Shown: piece after piece, positions 28,912-39,320 of the stretch
Position numbering within the stretch: the stretch's first letter is position 1
Layout: every line of letters starts with the position of its first letter
Origin: Candidatus Kaiserbacteria bacterium RIFCSPHIGHO2_02_FULL_55_25
GTDB lineage: Bacteria > Patescibacteriota > Minisyncoccia > Phycocordibacterales > UBA2100
Direction: 5' to 3'
Assembly (NCBI GenBank): GCA_001781335.1
Contig: MFLL01000001.1
Span: 25,626 to 89,625, forward strand
Length of the DNA stretch: 64,000 nt
Notes under the pieces: generated by a model
Told to the model about the DNA's origin: nothing
Databases searched by the model: none
Seen by the model: the letters and a program-made list of their open reading frames with translations, nothing else
Position numbers and translations under genes: made by a program

Positions 28912-30477
28912 TCACTGTGTCGGGAATTCCAGTATAAAGCGGGAGCCCTTGTCTTTGCCGTCTGATTCGGCCCAAATGCGGCCGCCCATCGCCTCTATAA
29001 ATGTCTTCGCGAGATATAGGCCGACGCCTGTGCCGAGGAGGTTCACTTTTTGCGCATCGGCACGCGAGAATTTCTTGAAGAGATGCGGGAGTGTCTCGGG
29101 CGCAATGCCGACGCCGGTGTCTGAAATCGTCAAGCGGACCGCAACCCCATGCCGCTCGACGGCGACGGTGACGCCCCCGTGCACGGTGTATTTGAGAGAG
29201 TTATCAATCAAGTTGCCTATTACCTCTTTCACCTTGCCCTCGTCCGCCTTGATGGTGTACTGATGAGATTCGTCGATTTTCTTTTCGAGAGTCAGGCCAC
29301 GCAGCTGCGCGTGCGGAACGTAGCCGTCCGCAATAGACGAAGCGGCTGCGGCGAGGTCGAAAGGAGCGCTGTTGTACGATATCTGCCCGAGCTCCATCTT
29401 GGACTTGCTCAAAAATTGGGCGATGAGATTCAACACGTCGTTCCCCCCGATGAGAATCTTCTGCGCGACCGCTTTTACCTCGGGCGAAGCATGGTCGACA
29501 GTGCCGTCGACGATAAGCGATGCATACCCGCGCATGGCGGTAATCGGATTGCGGATTTCATGCGACGCAAACGTCATAAATTCCGATTTTTCCTCACTCA
29601 GCCGCTGAATTTCCTCCCGTGATCTGACCTCTGTACGAACACTGCGCACCAAGAGTGACCCGATCGCCAAGCTAAGAACAAAAAGCAAACCGTTGAACAT
29701 CTGCTCCGTTTGATTTGCAGCAAGTATCGTGCGAAGGAAAGTAGTAATCCAAAGCAGACCGATAAGAAGTTCGGTGATCATCACTTTTGCATTGAATAGC
29801 TGAAGCCTGAATACTGAATACATGACCGCGATTGCAATGCACGTCGTAAAAAGCGGTCCCGTCCAAATGTACTTTGCATTATTGAGAAACGGCGATGGCA
29901 GAATGAGGTTGTAAAAGATTCCGGCCGCTCCAGCGATGGTGACACTTCCGACGATGACGAGGAGTTGAGTGCGCTCAATACCGGATGCTACAAGATATTT
30001 TGCCCACAGTCGCGCGATTCCACCAACAAAAAGCGCGCCAAAAAGCAAGGCGAATGTGAGGTATCCCTGCAGGTCGAGTTGTACGCCACGGCCCCACTCA
30101 TATTGAACGATTGCCTGAGTTAAGAAAGATGGATCGACTAAAAGAACCACCGAAAAGAGGAGTACCGCGAGGGTTGGTATCCATACTGCAGACCGCGGAA
30201 ACGCCTCCGAACGAGGAAACGAGTATGAGAACAAATAGTACGTGACCCCAATTACGAGCGCTGCGATGTACGATGCTTTTGTACTGTAGAGCGATGCGAT
30301 GTACGAATTCGTTACTTGGGATCCTATAAGCGCTAAAGCCCAGATGGAGAGCGCCGCAAGAAATATCGCGAACAGCGCATTCTCGCGACGCCGAACATTT
30401 CCGCGAAGTAGCACAATCATTGAGCCGGCGTTGAATAGCGCGGTCATGAGTAGGATGCTGTTTGTTATGTTCAACAT
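28912..30477 (-). CDS. Membrane sensor histidine kinase (7TM N-terminus)
   Basis: SHEIRNP H-box, NLIDNSLKYT, DTGVGI, GTGVGL; multiple TM segments. Confidence 0.92.
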   Translation of the reverse strand: MLNITNSILLMTALFNAGSMIVLLRGNVRRRENALFAIFLAALSIWALALIGSQVTNSYIASLYSTKASYIAALVIGVTYYLFSYSFPRSEAFPRSAVWIPTLAVLLFSVVLLVDPSFLTQAIVQYEWGRGVQLDLQGYLTFALLFGALFVGGIARLWAKYLVASGIERTQLLVIVGSVTIAGAAGIFYNLILPSPFLNNAKYIWTGPLFTTCIAIAVMYSVFRLQLFNAKVMITELLIGLLWITTFLRTILAANQTEQMFNGLLFVLSLAIGSLLVRSVRTEVRSREEIQRLSEEKSEFMTFASHEIRNPITAMRGYASLIVDGTVDHASPEVKAVAQKILIGGNDVLNLIAQFLSKSKMELGQISYNSAPFDLAAAASSIADGYVPHAQLRGLTLEKKIDESHQYTIKADEGKVKEVIGNLIDNSLKYTVHGGVTVAVERHGVAVRLTISDTGVGIAPETLPHLFKKFSRADAQKVNLLGTGVGLYLAKTFIEAMGGRIWAESDGKDKGSRFILEFPTQ

Positions 30478-30624
30478 GATGAGGTAGCGCAATTATACCC
30501 CGCACTATTAGGGCAATTTTGACCTTATCGGCACTGTAGAATTGACAGACGGCGGGTTTAGTTACAATATGCTGATAGGCTACTTGACAATGAACCATTG
30601 CGGGGAATCCGCAGGAGGACACAA

Positions 30625-31656
30625 ATGAAGATCGAGAGCATCGGCTTGGCCCTTCCTGCGAGGAAGGTCACCAACGACGACATTCTCAGCGAAATCGCGG
30701 AGCGGAGCACCGGGTTTAAGGGCGACCTGACCCAAGCGCTTCGCACTGTCGACATTATGCTGCGCCACAGCGGATCGTCTACCCGCTACTGGAAGGACGA
30801 TACGCAAAATTCTCTGGATCTGGCTGTGGCGGCCGGACGCGACGCGCTTGCGCGCCTCGACGGCGACGATCATAGCGTGGATCTTATTCTTTACGCGAGC
30901 GTCTACTCCGAACTGAAGGAGCCATCGAGCTCCGGTCCCATCGCGCATGAGCTTGGGATGGACGCCGTCGAGACGTGGGACGTCAAGATGGCGTGCGACG
31001 GATGGATGAAAGCAGTAAAGACGGCGTATGCACTCATCGAAACCGGGCTGTATCGCCGGATAATGGTGGTGACTTCCGAGTTTTCTATGGCGCACAACTA
31101 CGCCATCTATCCGAAACTGTTCGAGCTGGACTCCATTGATCAGCTCGAGTGGCGCTTCCCTGCCTATACGATTGGCGAGGCGGCATCGGCGACGATCCTC
31201 GGTCCGGATCCCGCGAACGGCTGGGCGTTTTTCAACCGGACGAGGAACGATCTGTACGACCTGTGCACCGTTCCGAATCCCTGGTCGAATCCGCGCTCGG
31301 CGCGCGTTGCAAAAGACGGCCTTTCGCACTTCACTTCCTATGGTATAGATCTGCGAAAGCATGGCTTTCCCGGTGCGGTCGAGACATTTCGCGAATCGGG
31401 CATCGACACAAGCAAGGTCGATGTTCTGTTCACGCACTCGTCCTCAAAGGCCGATTGGTCGGCGGGAGCGAAACTCCTCGGGATGCACAACAAGATGTAC
31501 GACATCTACTCAAAGTTCGGCAACGTCGTATCGGGTGCAATCCCGGTCGCGATGGCAAGTGCCGAGCGGGAAGGTACGCTCAAGCGCGGCATGAACGTCG
31601 CCGCGTGGGTCGCATCCGCCGGAATGTCGTTCTCAACCGCCGAGTTCGTATACTAA
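30625..31656 (+). CDS. KAS III / OleA-like thiolase-fold condensing enzyme
   Basis: MACDG (Cys), THSSS (His), FGNVVS (Asn), GEAASA, ASAG; AGGAGG RBS. Confidence 0.8.
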   Translation: MKIESIGLALPARKVTNDDILSEIAERSTGFKGDLTQALRTVDIMLRHSGSSTRYWKDDTQNSLDLAVAAGRDALARLDGDDHSVDLILYASVYSELKEPSSSGPIAHELGMDAVETWDVKMACDGWMKAVKTAYALIETGLYRRIMVVTSEFSMAHNYAIYPKLFELDSIDQLEWRFPAYTIGEAASATILGPDPANGWAFFNRTRNDLYDLCTVPNPWSNPRSARVAKDGLSHFTSYGIDLRKHGFPGAVETFRESGIDTSKVDVLFTHSSSKADWSAGAKLLGMHNKMYDIYSKFGNVVSGAIPVAMASAEREGTLKRGMNVAAWVASAGMSFSTAEFVY

Positions 31657-31678
31657 TATCAAGTAGAAGAGCACTCTG

Positions 31679-31706
31679 AAGGGGCCGCCACTCGCGGCCC
31701 CTTTTT
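31679..31706 (+). terminator. Intrinsic terminator between convergent genes
   Basis: AAGGGGCCGC-CACTC-GCGGCCCCTTTTT. Confidence 0.75.
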
Positions 31707-32198
31707 CTATCCCCTTGCGAACGCGAGGGCGATGAAGCTGATGAGAAGCCACCAGAAGCGATACGCATCGCCGAACACTGCTTGAATCTGGGGTCCGAAG
31801 TGCCACACGCTCTCAAGCGCGGGGATTTGAAGCCACACAACGACGGCAATCACCGCGACGGCGACACCGCTGAAAACCGCCTGAATAGGATGCGAGGAGT
31901 CCGCACCGTAGGTGTCGGTAATGCGGTACATACAAATGAAAATAATCACCAGCAAAATACCGTGAAGCAGGGCGGCAATGAGCGGCGTACTAAGCTGAGA
32001 CGCGATACTGCCCATCAGACGCGCATCAGGCAGAGCACTCGCGACGAGGAGCGTGAGCGGGAGCGCAAGTGCGAGAGCCGTAGCACGCGAAGGACCTCCG
32101 CGAAGCGCGTCCGCCGACATGATGAGCGCAAACACCGCAAGCACAACCCAATCAAGCGGTATGTTGGAAAAGACCGACACGAGTGCGTGCCAATCCAT
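31707..32198 (-). CDS. Membrane protein
   Basis: About 5 hydrophobic segments; directly downstream of dnaJ. Confidence 0.7.
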   Translation of the reverse strand: MDWHALVSVFSNIPLDWVVLAVFALIMSADALRGGPSRATALALALPLTLLVASALPDARLMGSIASQLSTPLIAALLHGILLVIIFICMYRITDTYGADSSHPIQAVFSGVAVAVIAVVVWLQIPALESVWHFGPQIQAVFGDAYRFWWLLISFIALAFARG

Positions 32199-32201
32199 AG
32201 A

Positions 32202-33269
32202 TTAGAGTCCTTCCCCGCGAAGCTTTTCAATAAGCTCGCGTGCCTTTGCGGAAAGTTTTTTCGGAAACTGAATGTCTATCCGCACCATAAGGTCGCCGCG
32301 GGTATTTCTTCCATGAGGAACACCCTTGCCGCGTATGCGAACGACTTCCCCGTGTGTGACTCCCGCCGGAACATCAATTGTTTCGTCACCATCGAGCGTA
32401 CGTACGTGGTATTCCCCGCCAAGAAGCGCATCCGAGAGCTTGATGGGCAGTGAAATCGTGAGATTGTTGCCGTCACGTGTGAAATCGGAATCCTTCTTGA
32501 CGTGCAATTTGACGTACAAATCCCCCGCCGAGCCGCCCGCAGCCGCTTCGCCACGCCCGGGCATGCGTATCATCTCGCCGTCGGATACTCCGGCCGGAAC
32601 GACTATCTGAATTTCCTCCTGTCTCCGCGCGACACCTTCGCCGCGGCATGTCTCGCACGGACTCTCCGGCACTTGGCCGCGGCCATGGCACTTCGGGCAC
32701 TGTCGCGTGGTGGTAAACGAGCCGAACAAAGAATTGCGCGTCTCTCGCATCTCACCCTTGCCGTTGCAGCCGGTGCAGGCCGTCATCTTGGTCCCCTTCT
32801 TGGCACCGGAACCGCCGCAGGTATCGCACATACCCACTTTGGCGATAAGAACGTTGCGTTCGGTGCCAAAAATCGACTCGCGAAACGCGAGCTCAATATC
32901 TATTGAAATGTCCCGCCCTCTGCGTTGACCGGCCGAAAAGCCGCCACCGCCGAAAAATTCACCGAAGATATCGCCGAGGTCAAACTCCTGAAAATTGCCC
33001 TGAAACCCCTGAAAATTAGAGAAATCGAACCCGCCGAAGCCCTGTCCGTGCGGAGAGCCGCCTGCAAATGTCTTGCCGTAGGTGTCGTACTCCGCGCGCT
33101 TCTTTTTGTCGGACAATACCGAATAGGCCTCGCTCACTTCTTTGAATTTCGTCTCGTCCCCGCCCTTCTTGTCGGGATGGTATTTGTGCGCTAATTTTCT
33201 GAACGCGGATTTTATCTCATCTTCATTGGCGCCCTTCTTCACACCCAAAATATCGTAGTAGTTTTTCAT
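32202..33269 (-). CDS. dnaJ: Chaperone DnaJ
   Basis: J domain HPD, G/F region, four CxxCxGxG repeats. Confidence 0.97.
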   Translation of the reverse strand: MKNYYDILGVKKGANEDEIKSAFRKLAHKYHPDKKGGDETKFKEVSEAYSVLSDKKKRAEYDTYGKTFAGGSPHGQGFGGFDFSNFQGFQGNFQEFDLGDIFGEFFGGGGFSAGQRRGRDISIDIELAFRESIFGTERNVLIAKVGMCDTCGGSGAKKGTKMTACTGCNGKGEMRETRNSLFGSFTTTRQCPKCHGRGQVPESPCETCRGEGVARRQEEIQIVVPAGVSDGEMIRMPGRGEAAAGGSAGDLYVKLHVKKDSDFTRDGNNLTISLPIKLSDALLGGEYHVRTLDGDETIDVPAGVTHGEVVRIRGKGVPHGRNTRGDLMVRIDIQFPKKLSAKARELIEKLRGEGL

Positions 33270-33307
33270 GGTCGGAATCATTATATGTGCAGAAAAATTA
33301 TCCGCAA

Positions 33308-34150
33308 TTACAAATATTCATTAATCATTTTCTGGTATCGCCATTCCTGAATTTTGGGTGTCTTGTGCATCCGGACAACCATCCAGATAATACGGCAAAA
33401 CTCAAAGGGCTTGTAATTTGCTCTGAAACCGGAATACCCAAGCCGTCCAAGCCGATCGTCGAGGGTCACAATATAGGCGCTCTTTTGCGCATCAGTGATT
33501 TTCCATTTCGCCTGATATTCGTAGTCGCCCGACTCCGGAAACCACTCGTTCGTCGAAAGTACACTTGCGATGTCAAATCCAAGCGGCGCGGGAAATGAAT
33601 CCTCTAGGTCTAGAACGCCTTGCGCACTTATATTCGACGGGTTGAGGTCTCCGTGCGAAATGACGTACGGGAAATCACTGATGCTACGCAATGACTCTTC
33701 GAATTTCGCCTGTATCCGCGAAGCATACTCGGGAAGTTCCTGTTTGAGAATTTCCAGATGGATGCCCTTTGCGAATTGCTCGGGGTCTGAGACGACGATG
33801 GCCTTGCTCTGCGGTTCGAGATACTTGCCGACTGCCTCTACCAGCTCGTCGAACGTCGCGTCGGATACAGCACCTGATGTTTCGTATTCTTTAGTAAAAC
33901 GCATTCGAAACGTCTCCCCCAACGACTCCTCGATGAAATACGAATGTCCTTCGTACGTACCTTCCGACAATATTTTTGCGACAGGGTACCCCGCACGCTC
34001 CATGGCGCGGTGCATCTCCAGATCTTTTGCAATTTGTGCAGGCGGACCGATGCGCAGATATTCGTCTGTCGCACGATAAACGCCCGCGGCCGACCTCTGG
34101 AGGCTTACCAAATCGAACGATTTGCCCTCAATGATCAGATGCTCCTCCAT
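33308..34150 (-). CDS. APH/choline-kinase-like phosphotransferase
   Basis: HGDLNPSNI and LDLED motifs. Confidence 0.8.
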   Translation of the reverse strand: MEEHLIIEGKSFDLVSLQRSAAGVYRATDEYLRIGPPAQIAKDLEMHRAMERAGYPVAKILSEGTYEGHSYFIEESLGETFRMRFTKEYETSGAVSDATFDELVEAVGKYLEPQSKAIVVSDPEQFAKGIHLEILKQELPEYASRIQAKFEESLRSISDFPYVISHGDLNPSNISAQGVLDLEDSFPAPLGFDIASVLSTNEWFPESGDYEYQAKWKITDAQKSAYIVTLDDRLGRLGYSGFRANYKPFEFCRIIWMVVRMHKTPKIQEWRYQKMINEYL

Positions 34151-34294
34151 TCACGCACTTTATCATGTACTTATCGCCGTTGATTTTGCGAAAGAAAAGA
34201 GAGATAAATCGAAGCCGTCATATTGATCGCTTCTGGCAAAATCAAAAGAGCGCCCGAATACGAGCGCCCTCTTTCCGACAGAGATCCGGGTTGA

Positions 34295-34570
34295 TTACTT
34301 GGTCGGTGCAGTCACCGATGTTGGGAACAGAAATTTTACTAGCAACAACGCCACCAGCATCGTACCCGAACTGATCAAGGCGTCGTCGGGACCGCGCCAC
34401 AGGATTGGGGCCGAACCGAACAATGCGACCGTCTAAATCATCGCGGCAGGGATCGCGCAGTAGGTGTGCGGATATTTTGCTTTCGTCCGCATAGCCCAGA
34501 TCGTGAACAACGCCGCGAATGGAATCAGTAATCCGCGGGGAATTGCATCAAGCAGAACCTGCGTCCACAT
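34295..34570 (-). pseudogene. Small membrane protein interrupted by an in-frame TAG
   Basis: GGAGG then ATG; MWTQVLL..PAAMI*TVALFG..KFLFPTSVTAPTK; hydrophobic reading continues across TAG at 34433-34435. Confidence 0.55.
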
Positions 34571-34622
34571 TTTGTGGCCCTCCGTTGAGCGACCTACATT
34601 GTAGCCTCAATCTATACTTATG

Positions 34623-36491
34623 TCAAGAGGTAGATTCTGGCGGTTTCTGATCTCCTGCAGGCGGTGTCTGTTGCTGATTCATTGCCTGACCGATCGAGCT
34701 CATTGCCGTTGAGAGCGCTTCTGAATCCGACTTGATAGCACTCGCATCAGTGCCGCCACGCGCCGTTTTGAGTGCGTCGATTTTCTCCTGCACATTCTTC
34801 TTGATGTCTTCGCTGACCTTGTCGCCATGCTCTTTGAGGGCCTTCTCGGCGGCGTATACGAGCTGGTCGGCGGCATTTTGCGCTTCTACGAGTTCTTTCT
34901 TTTTGAGGTCGCTATCAGCGTTCGCCTCCGCATCTTTGCGCATCTTTTCGACTTCTGCGTCAGAAAGTCCCGAGGCACCCTCAATGCGAATCGATTGCTC
35001 TTTGTTGGTTGTTTTGTCCTTGGCCTTGACCGTGAGAATGCCGTTGGCGTCGATGTCGAAGGTAACTTCCACCTGCGGCATGCCGCGCGGCGCCGGCGGA
35101 ATACCGTCGAGATTGAAGCGACCGAGCGACTTGTTGTCGCCTGCCATCGGGCGCTCGCCCTGCACCACGTGGATTTCCACCGACGGCTGGTTGTCGGAAG
35201 CTGTAGAAAATGTCTGTGAACGGGATGTCGGTATGGTCGTGTTGCGGTCGATGAGTTTTGTCGCGACCCCGCCCATCGTCTCGATACCGAGCGAAAGCGG
35301 AATCACATCGAGCAGAAGCACGTCTTTCACGTCGCCCTGCATGATGCCGCCCTGCAGTGCCGCACCGAGTGCCACCACTTCGTCGGGATTGACGCTCAAG
35401 TTCGGCTTTTTGCCGAAAAATTCCTCCACGGCACGCTGAATCGCCGGCATGCGGGTCTGTCCGCCCACCAAAATGACTTCATGTATCTGGTCCTTTTTGA
35501 AGGGCGACGCTTCCATCGCGCGTTTGGTGATAGCCATAGCCCGCTCCACAAATTCGGCGGTGAGTTGCTCAAGTGTGGCACGGCTCAATTTCACCAGCAG
35601 GTGCTGTGGTCCGGCATCGGTAGATGTGATGAATGGAATGTTGATTTCGGATTCCGTGGCGGTGGAAAGCTCGATTTTCGCCTTCTCGGCCGCTTCGTCC
35701 AAGCGCTGTCTCGCGAGCGGGTCTTTGAGCACGTCCACACCGCTTTCCTTCTTGAATTCAGCCGCAATCCAATTCATTATTTTCTGGTCCAAATCTTTGC
35801 CGCCGAGGTGCGAGTCGCCGTCGGTCGAGCGCACTTCAATCACGTCATCGCCGACTTCGAGCACCGAAATATCGAAAGTGCCGCCGCCGAAATCGAACAC
35901 GACGATTTTCTCGTTCTTCTTTTTGTTGAAACCATAGGCGAGAGCGGCCGCCGTCGGCTCGTTGATGATGCGCTTCACATCGAGTCCGGCGATTTTCCCG
36001 GCATCGCGCGTCGCGGCACGTTGCGCGTCGTTGAAGTATGCCGGCACCGTGATGACCGCCTCCGTAATTTTCCCTCCAAGGCGCGCTTCCGCATCGGCTT
36101 TCAGCTTCTGCAAAATCATCGCCGAAATTTCCTCCGGACGGTACCATTGTCCCGCCTTGCCGTCGGGCAGGTCACCCATCTTCACCTCAATACCGCCGTT
36201 TGACGCTTTGCGCATCTCAAACGGGATGGCCTCGCGGTCCTTAGCGACATTCGCCTCGTCAAAGTTGTGTCCGATGAAGCGCTTTATCTGAAATACCGTG
36301 TTTTTAGGATTTGTGACACCCTGCCGCTTGGCTATCTGGCCGACGAGCCGCTCGCCCGTCTTGGAGAGCGCGACGATGGAAGGTGTGGTGCGCGCACCCT
36401 CCGAGTTCTCGAGTATCACCGGTTCGCCGCCCGAAACCACCGCCATCGCGGAATTTGTCGTGCCCAAATCTATGCCGAGTATTTTTGCCAT
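34623..36491 (-). CDS. dnaK: Chaperone DnaK
   Basis: [34 protein letters not shown]. Confidence 0.99.
   Translation of the reverse strand: MAKILGIDLGTTNSAMAVVSGGEPVILENSEGARTTPSIVALSKTGERLVGQIAKRQGVTNPKNTVFQIKRFIGHNFDEANVAKDREAIPFEMRKASNGGIEVKMGDLPDGKAGQWYRPEEISAMILQKLKADAEARLGGKITEAVITVPAYFNDAQRAATRDAGKIAGLDVKRIINEPTAAALAYGFNKKKNEKIVVFDFGGGTFDISVLEVGDDVIEVRSTDGDSHLGGKDLDQKIMNWIAAEFKKESGVDVLKDPLARQRLDEAAEKAKIELSTATESEINIPFITSTDAGPQHLLVKLSRATLEQLTAEFVERAMAITKRAMEASPFKKDQIHEVILVGGQTRMPAIQRAVEEFFGKKPNLSVNPDEVVALGAALQGGIMQGDVKDVLLLDVIPLSLGIETMGGVATKLIDRNTTIPTSRSQTFSTASDNQPSVEIHVVQGERPMAGDNKSLGRFNLDGIPPAPRGMPQVEVTFDIDANGILTVKAKDKTTNKEQSIRIEGASGLSDAEVEKMRKDAEANADSDLKKKELVEAQNAADQLVYAAEKALKEHGDKVSEDIKKNVQEKIDALKTARGGTDASAIKSDSEALSTAMSSIGQAMNQQQTPPAGDQKPPESTS
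36151..36171 (-). repeat. In-frame 21-bp palindrome-like insert in dnaK (LPDGKAG)
   Basis: CCTGCCCGACGGCAAGGCGGG between VKMGD and QWYRPEEIS. Confidence 0.65.
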
Positions 36492-36573
36492 ATGTTTAAT
36501 TTTAATCGACTAATGAAGCCTCATTATGAGTGATTATATGTATCACATTGCGCCATTATATTCTTCATCAAAA

Positions 36574-36598
36574 GTTGTGCAAGTTAAACCTGCACAAC
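36574..36598. repeat. Palindrome downstream of RAYT-2
   Basis: GTTGTGCAAGT-TAA-ACCTGCACAAC. Confidence 0.85.
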
Positions 36599-36614
36599 CA
36601 TGCAATATATGTGT

Positions 36615-37319
36615 TCATTCGTCAATCGCTAAGATGTGCCAATCGCTTGGTGCTCTCCTACCGAGTAAGACGTCACGCGAAAACTCTTTAAACTCCCTCC
36701 CTTTCAGCAAAACCTCATCCGCGTTTTTCTGATCGAGAAGCGCTGAAAATAATCCAGACGACGTACCGATCAATCCCGCGAACTCATAGTGTCTCGCCCA
36801 CTCAAAAGCATCTTCAAATTCTTCAGTGGCTCGCGAAAGTCCGCCCGGATATTTTTCGAGAGGATTTTTAACATGAATATAGGCATTGAGATACTGCAGC
36901 TGTCTGTCGGAATCAACGGTACGGGCCTGAAATGATCCTTGAAACAAGGTACCGGCCTCAGCATACTGTGCATTGAAATAGGCGGACATACTTGTGCAAA
37001 GTCTCTGCATGAATCGACTAATTCCACCTTCTTCAATCTCCTGAAAAAGAAAGTGGAAATGATTGTCCAGCAGGCAGTACCCCAATATCGAGACATACGG
37101 CTTTGGGTGCGGCCAATGTTCTGGCCGTGCGAAACCCCGACGTACGTGTTCCGGTCCTATATCACGTTCCCAATTACGCGGAACATTCGCATCATTCAAA
37201 TAGCGTACCAGTTTCAGAAATCTCCAGCGATCATTGTCGCTCCTGACGATGTCCATCCGACGGGTGCCTCTGTTATATACATGGACGTATGAACCTACCG
37301 AGTATGGTTCTTTCCGCAT
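36615..37319 (-). mobile_element. RAYT-like Y1 HUH transposase (copy 2), between grpE and dnaK
   Basis: YVHVYNRG, YCLLDNHFHFL, YFN..Y...GTLFQGSF, AYIHVKNP. Confidence 0.88.
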
Positions 37320-37345
37320 TGACACAATGTCGCATACGTCATTAC

Positions 37346-37370
37346 GTTGTGCAAGTTTAACTTTCACAAC
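37346..37370. repeat. Palindrome upstream of RAYT-2
   Basis: GTTGTGCAAGT-TTA-ACTTTCACAAC; 23/25 to the reverse complement of 36574-36598. Confidence 0.85.
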
Positions 37371-37376
37371 TAAATA

Positions 37377-37919
37377 TCATTTCTTGACGATGACCTGAGC
37401 GGGCCTAAGTATTCGTTCGCCCGCTTTGTAGCCGTACCGTAAAATCTTGATGATTTCGTGCGATTTGCCGGCTACATCTTCGACCTCCTGTACGGCATCG
37501 TGCAAGTGCGGACTGTACGTCTCGCCCACTTTGCCGTAGTGTTCGATGCCGTTGCGCTTCAGCGCGTCGATGAGTTGGTCCCGCACGCGCTCCATACCGC
37601 TTTTCCACCCGTCGCTCACCTCGGCCCACGCCTCACTTCCTGCCGCCATATCGAAGCTATCGAGCGCGGGAATGATGTCATGCACCAATTCTTCCCGCAG
37701 AAGCTCGCCGCTGCGCGCAGCTCGGGCCTCGGATTCGCGCTTGCTGTTCACCGCATCAGCCTTGGCTCTCTGCCAGCCGTCTAGGTACTCCTGCCTCTCT
37801 TTCTTTACTTTCTCCAGTTCGTCTTTGAGTTTCCTGATTTTTGCCTGTGCCGCGCCGATATCCCCGAGTTCTTCCTCGGGTTCAAAGTTCACTTCTTCGT
37901 CTTCGGCGTGTTTCTTCAT
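37377..37919 (-). CDS. grpE: Nucleotide exchange factor GrpE
   Basis: YLDGWQRAKAD..N, IIPALDSF, GY....RILRPAQV. Confidence 0.95.
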   Translation of the reverse strand: MKKHAEDEEVNFEPEEELGDIGAAQAKIRKLKDELEKVKKERQEYLDGWQRAKADAVNSKRESEARAARSGELLREELVHDIIPALDSFDMAAGSEAWAEVSDGWKSGMERVRDQLIDALKRNGIEHYGKVGETYSPHLHDAVQEVEDVAGKSHEIIKILRYGYKAGERILRPAQVIVKK

Positions 37920-38081
37920 TGGGCGAGTATATCAAAATCAAACAAAATGTGCCTCTACACCGGATTATTGATCTATCGCTTGCATCACGGATACGTTGCT
38001 CGCCGTCGCTCGCAACGTTCCGCGACCCCGCCTCGCGGCCTCGCCTGCTGGCTCGGCATCGCTCCGGCCGAGCAAACGTCA

Positions 38082-38112
38082 AGAAAAAAGGAGGCGAAGG
38101 CCTCCTTTTTCT
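38082..38112 (-). terminator. Terminator after rpsI
   Basis: AGAAAAAAGGAGGC-GAAG-GCCTCCTTTTTCT. Confidence 0.8.
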
Positions 38113-38503
38113 AGCGTTTGCTCCATTGCGGCGCACGGCGGGCGCCCTTGAGACCGAACTTTTTGCGTTCACGGGCACGCGGGTCGCGCTTGAGGAAGCC
38201 TTTGACCTTGAGGTCTTTGCGCTGTTCGGGATTGATTTCTATCATTGCGCGGGAGATTCCCAGCCGGATGGATTCGGCTTGCGCCTTTTTGCCGCCGCCG
38301 GAGACGCGCGCGGTCACCAAATACGTCGCGCCGAGAAGCGTAAGCGGCTCGTAGGCGGTCTTCATCATGATATTGAGCGGGAAATAGTCCTTGGCGTCCA
38401 TGCCGTTGACCTCCATCGTCGTATTCTTGGCGGGAGTGATGCGCACGCGCGCTGTCGCGGTCTTTCTGCGTCCCACTGCCTCTGTGTATCGTGCGGTTGC
38501 CAT
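38111..38503 (-). CDS. rpsI: 30S ribosomal protein S9
   Basis: GRRKTATARV, RDPRARERKKFGLKGARRAPQWSKR. Confidence 0.98.
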   Translation of the reverse strand: MATARYTEAVGRRKTATARVRITPAKNTTMEVNGMDAKDYFPLNIMMKTAYEPLTLLGATYLVTARVSGGGKKAQAESIRLGISRAMIEINPEQRKDLKVKGFLKRDPRARERKKFGLKGARRAPQWSKR

Positions 38504-38552
38504 AGAAATAGTTGATAGTTATTAGTACGTAGTTCGTATAGAATGCAAAACG

Positions 38553-38915
38553 CTAATCGGTGACGATAAGATTTTTAAGACGTGCGGTAAGCATGGTATT
38601 GCGCGGAAGCATTTTGCGGACGGCGCGACGAATCGCTTCGCCGTGACCCTTGCGCTCGTTGAGATGTGCGAGTGACTCCTTCTTGAGTCCGCCCGGATAC
38701 CCCGAATATGTCGTGTAGATTTTGCCCGTGCGCTTTTTCTCGGGAGCAAACATCTTCGAAGCGTTCTTCACCGTGACCTTGACGTCACTACGGATATTCG
38801 GCGTGTAGCTTGCGTGCAGTTTGCCCATAAGCGCTTTTGCGGCCTGCGAAGCCACGCGGCCGATAGGCAGACCTGCAGCGTCTATTGTATGAGCCTGTGA
38901 GGTGGTGGTTGTCAT
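38553..38915 (-). CDS. rplM: 50S ribosomal protein L13 (short form)
   Basis: IDAAG..IGRVAS..A..L.GK, YSGYPGGLK, AVRKMLPRN. Confidence 0.95.
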   Translation of the reverse strand: MTTTTSQAHTIDAAGLPIGRVASQAAKALMGKLHASYTPNIRSDVKVTVKNASKMFAPEKKRTGKIYTTYSGYPGGLKKESLAHLNERKGHGEAIRRAVRKMLPRNTMLTARLKNLIVTD

Positions 38916-38916
38916 A

Positions 38917-39273
38917 TTATTGTACGAATTCAATGCGTGCCGCATCCCCTACGCGCTTACCGACGCGGCCAAGCAGTGTGATGCGGGTGTATCCGCCGGC
39001 GCGCTTGGCGTAGCGGGGTGCGAGCGTGTCATGGAGTTTCCTCACCGTCTCAGGTGCACCACCGAGGCGTTCCGCGACCTTGCGGCGGGAGAGAAGCGAA
39101 TTCTGCTTGCTGGTCGACACGAGCTTCTCGACAAACGGACGCAGTTCTTTTGCCTTGGCTACCGTGGTCGTGATCCCCTCGTGAAGAACGAGTGAGCGTG
39201 CCAAAGAGCGCAAGAGCGCGGTGCGCTGGCGCTTCGGGCGGTTCAATGTTCGATTCTTCACGTGGTGACGCAT
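38917..39273 (-). CDS. rplQ: 50S ribosomal protein L17
   Basis: MRHH, ITTTVAKAKELRPFVEKL, GGYTRI. Confidence 0.98.
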   Translation of the reverse strand: MRHHVKNRTLNRPKRQRTALLRSLARSLVLHEGITTTVAKAKELRPFVEKLVSTSKQNSLLSRRKVAERLGGAPETVRKLHDTLAPRYAKRAGGYTRITLLGRVGKRVGDAARIEFVQ

Positions 39274-39320
39274 AAGCAGTGTTTAGTAAGTAGAACGTAG
39301 ATAGTAGTAAATGCAACAAG

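Noticed and set aside
34433-34435. Stop-codon recoding
   Set aside because: TAG, TAA and TGA all terminate conserved genes here (e.g. rpsI TAG, recR TGA), so a single nonsense mutation is simpler.
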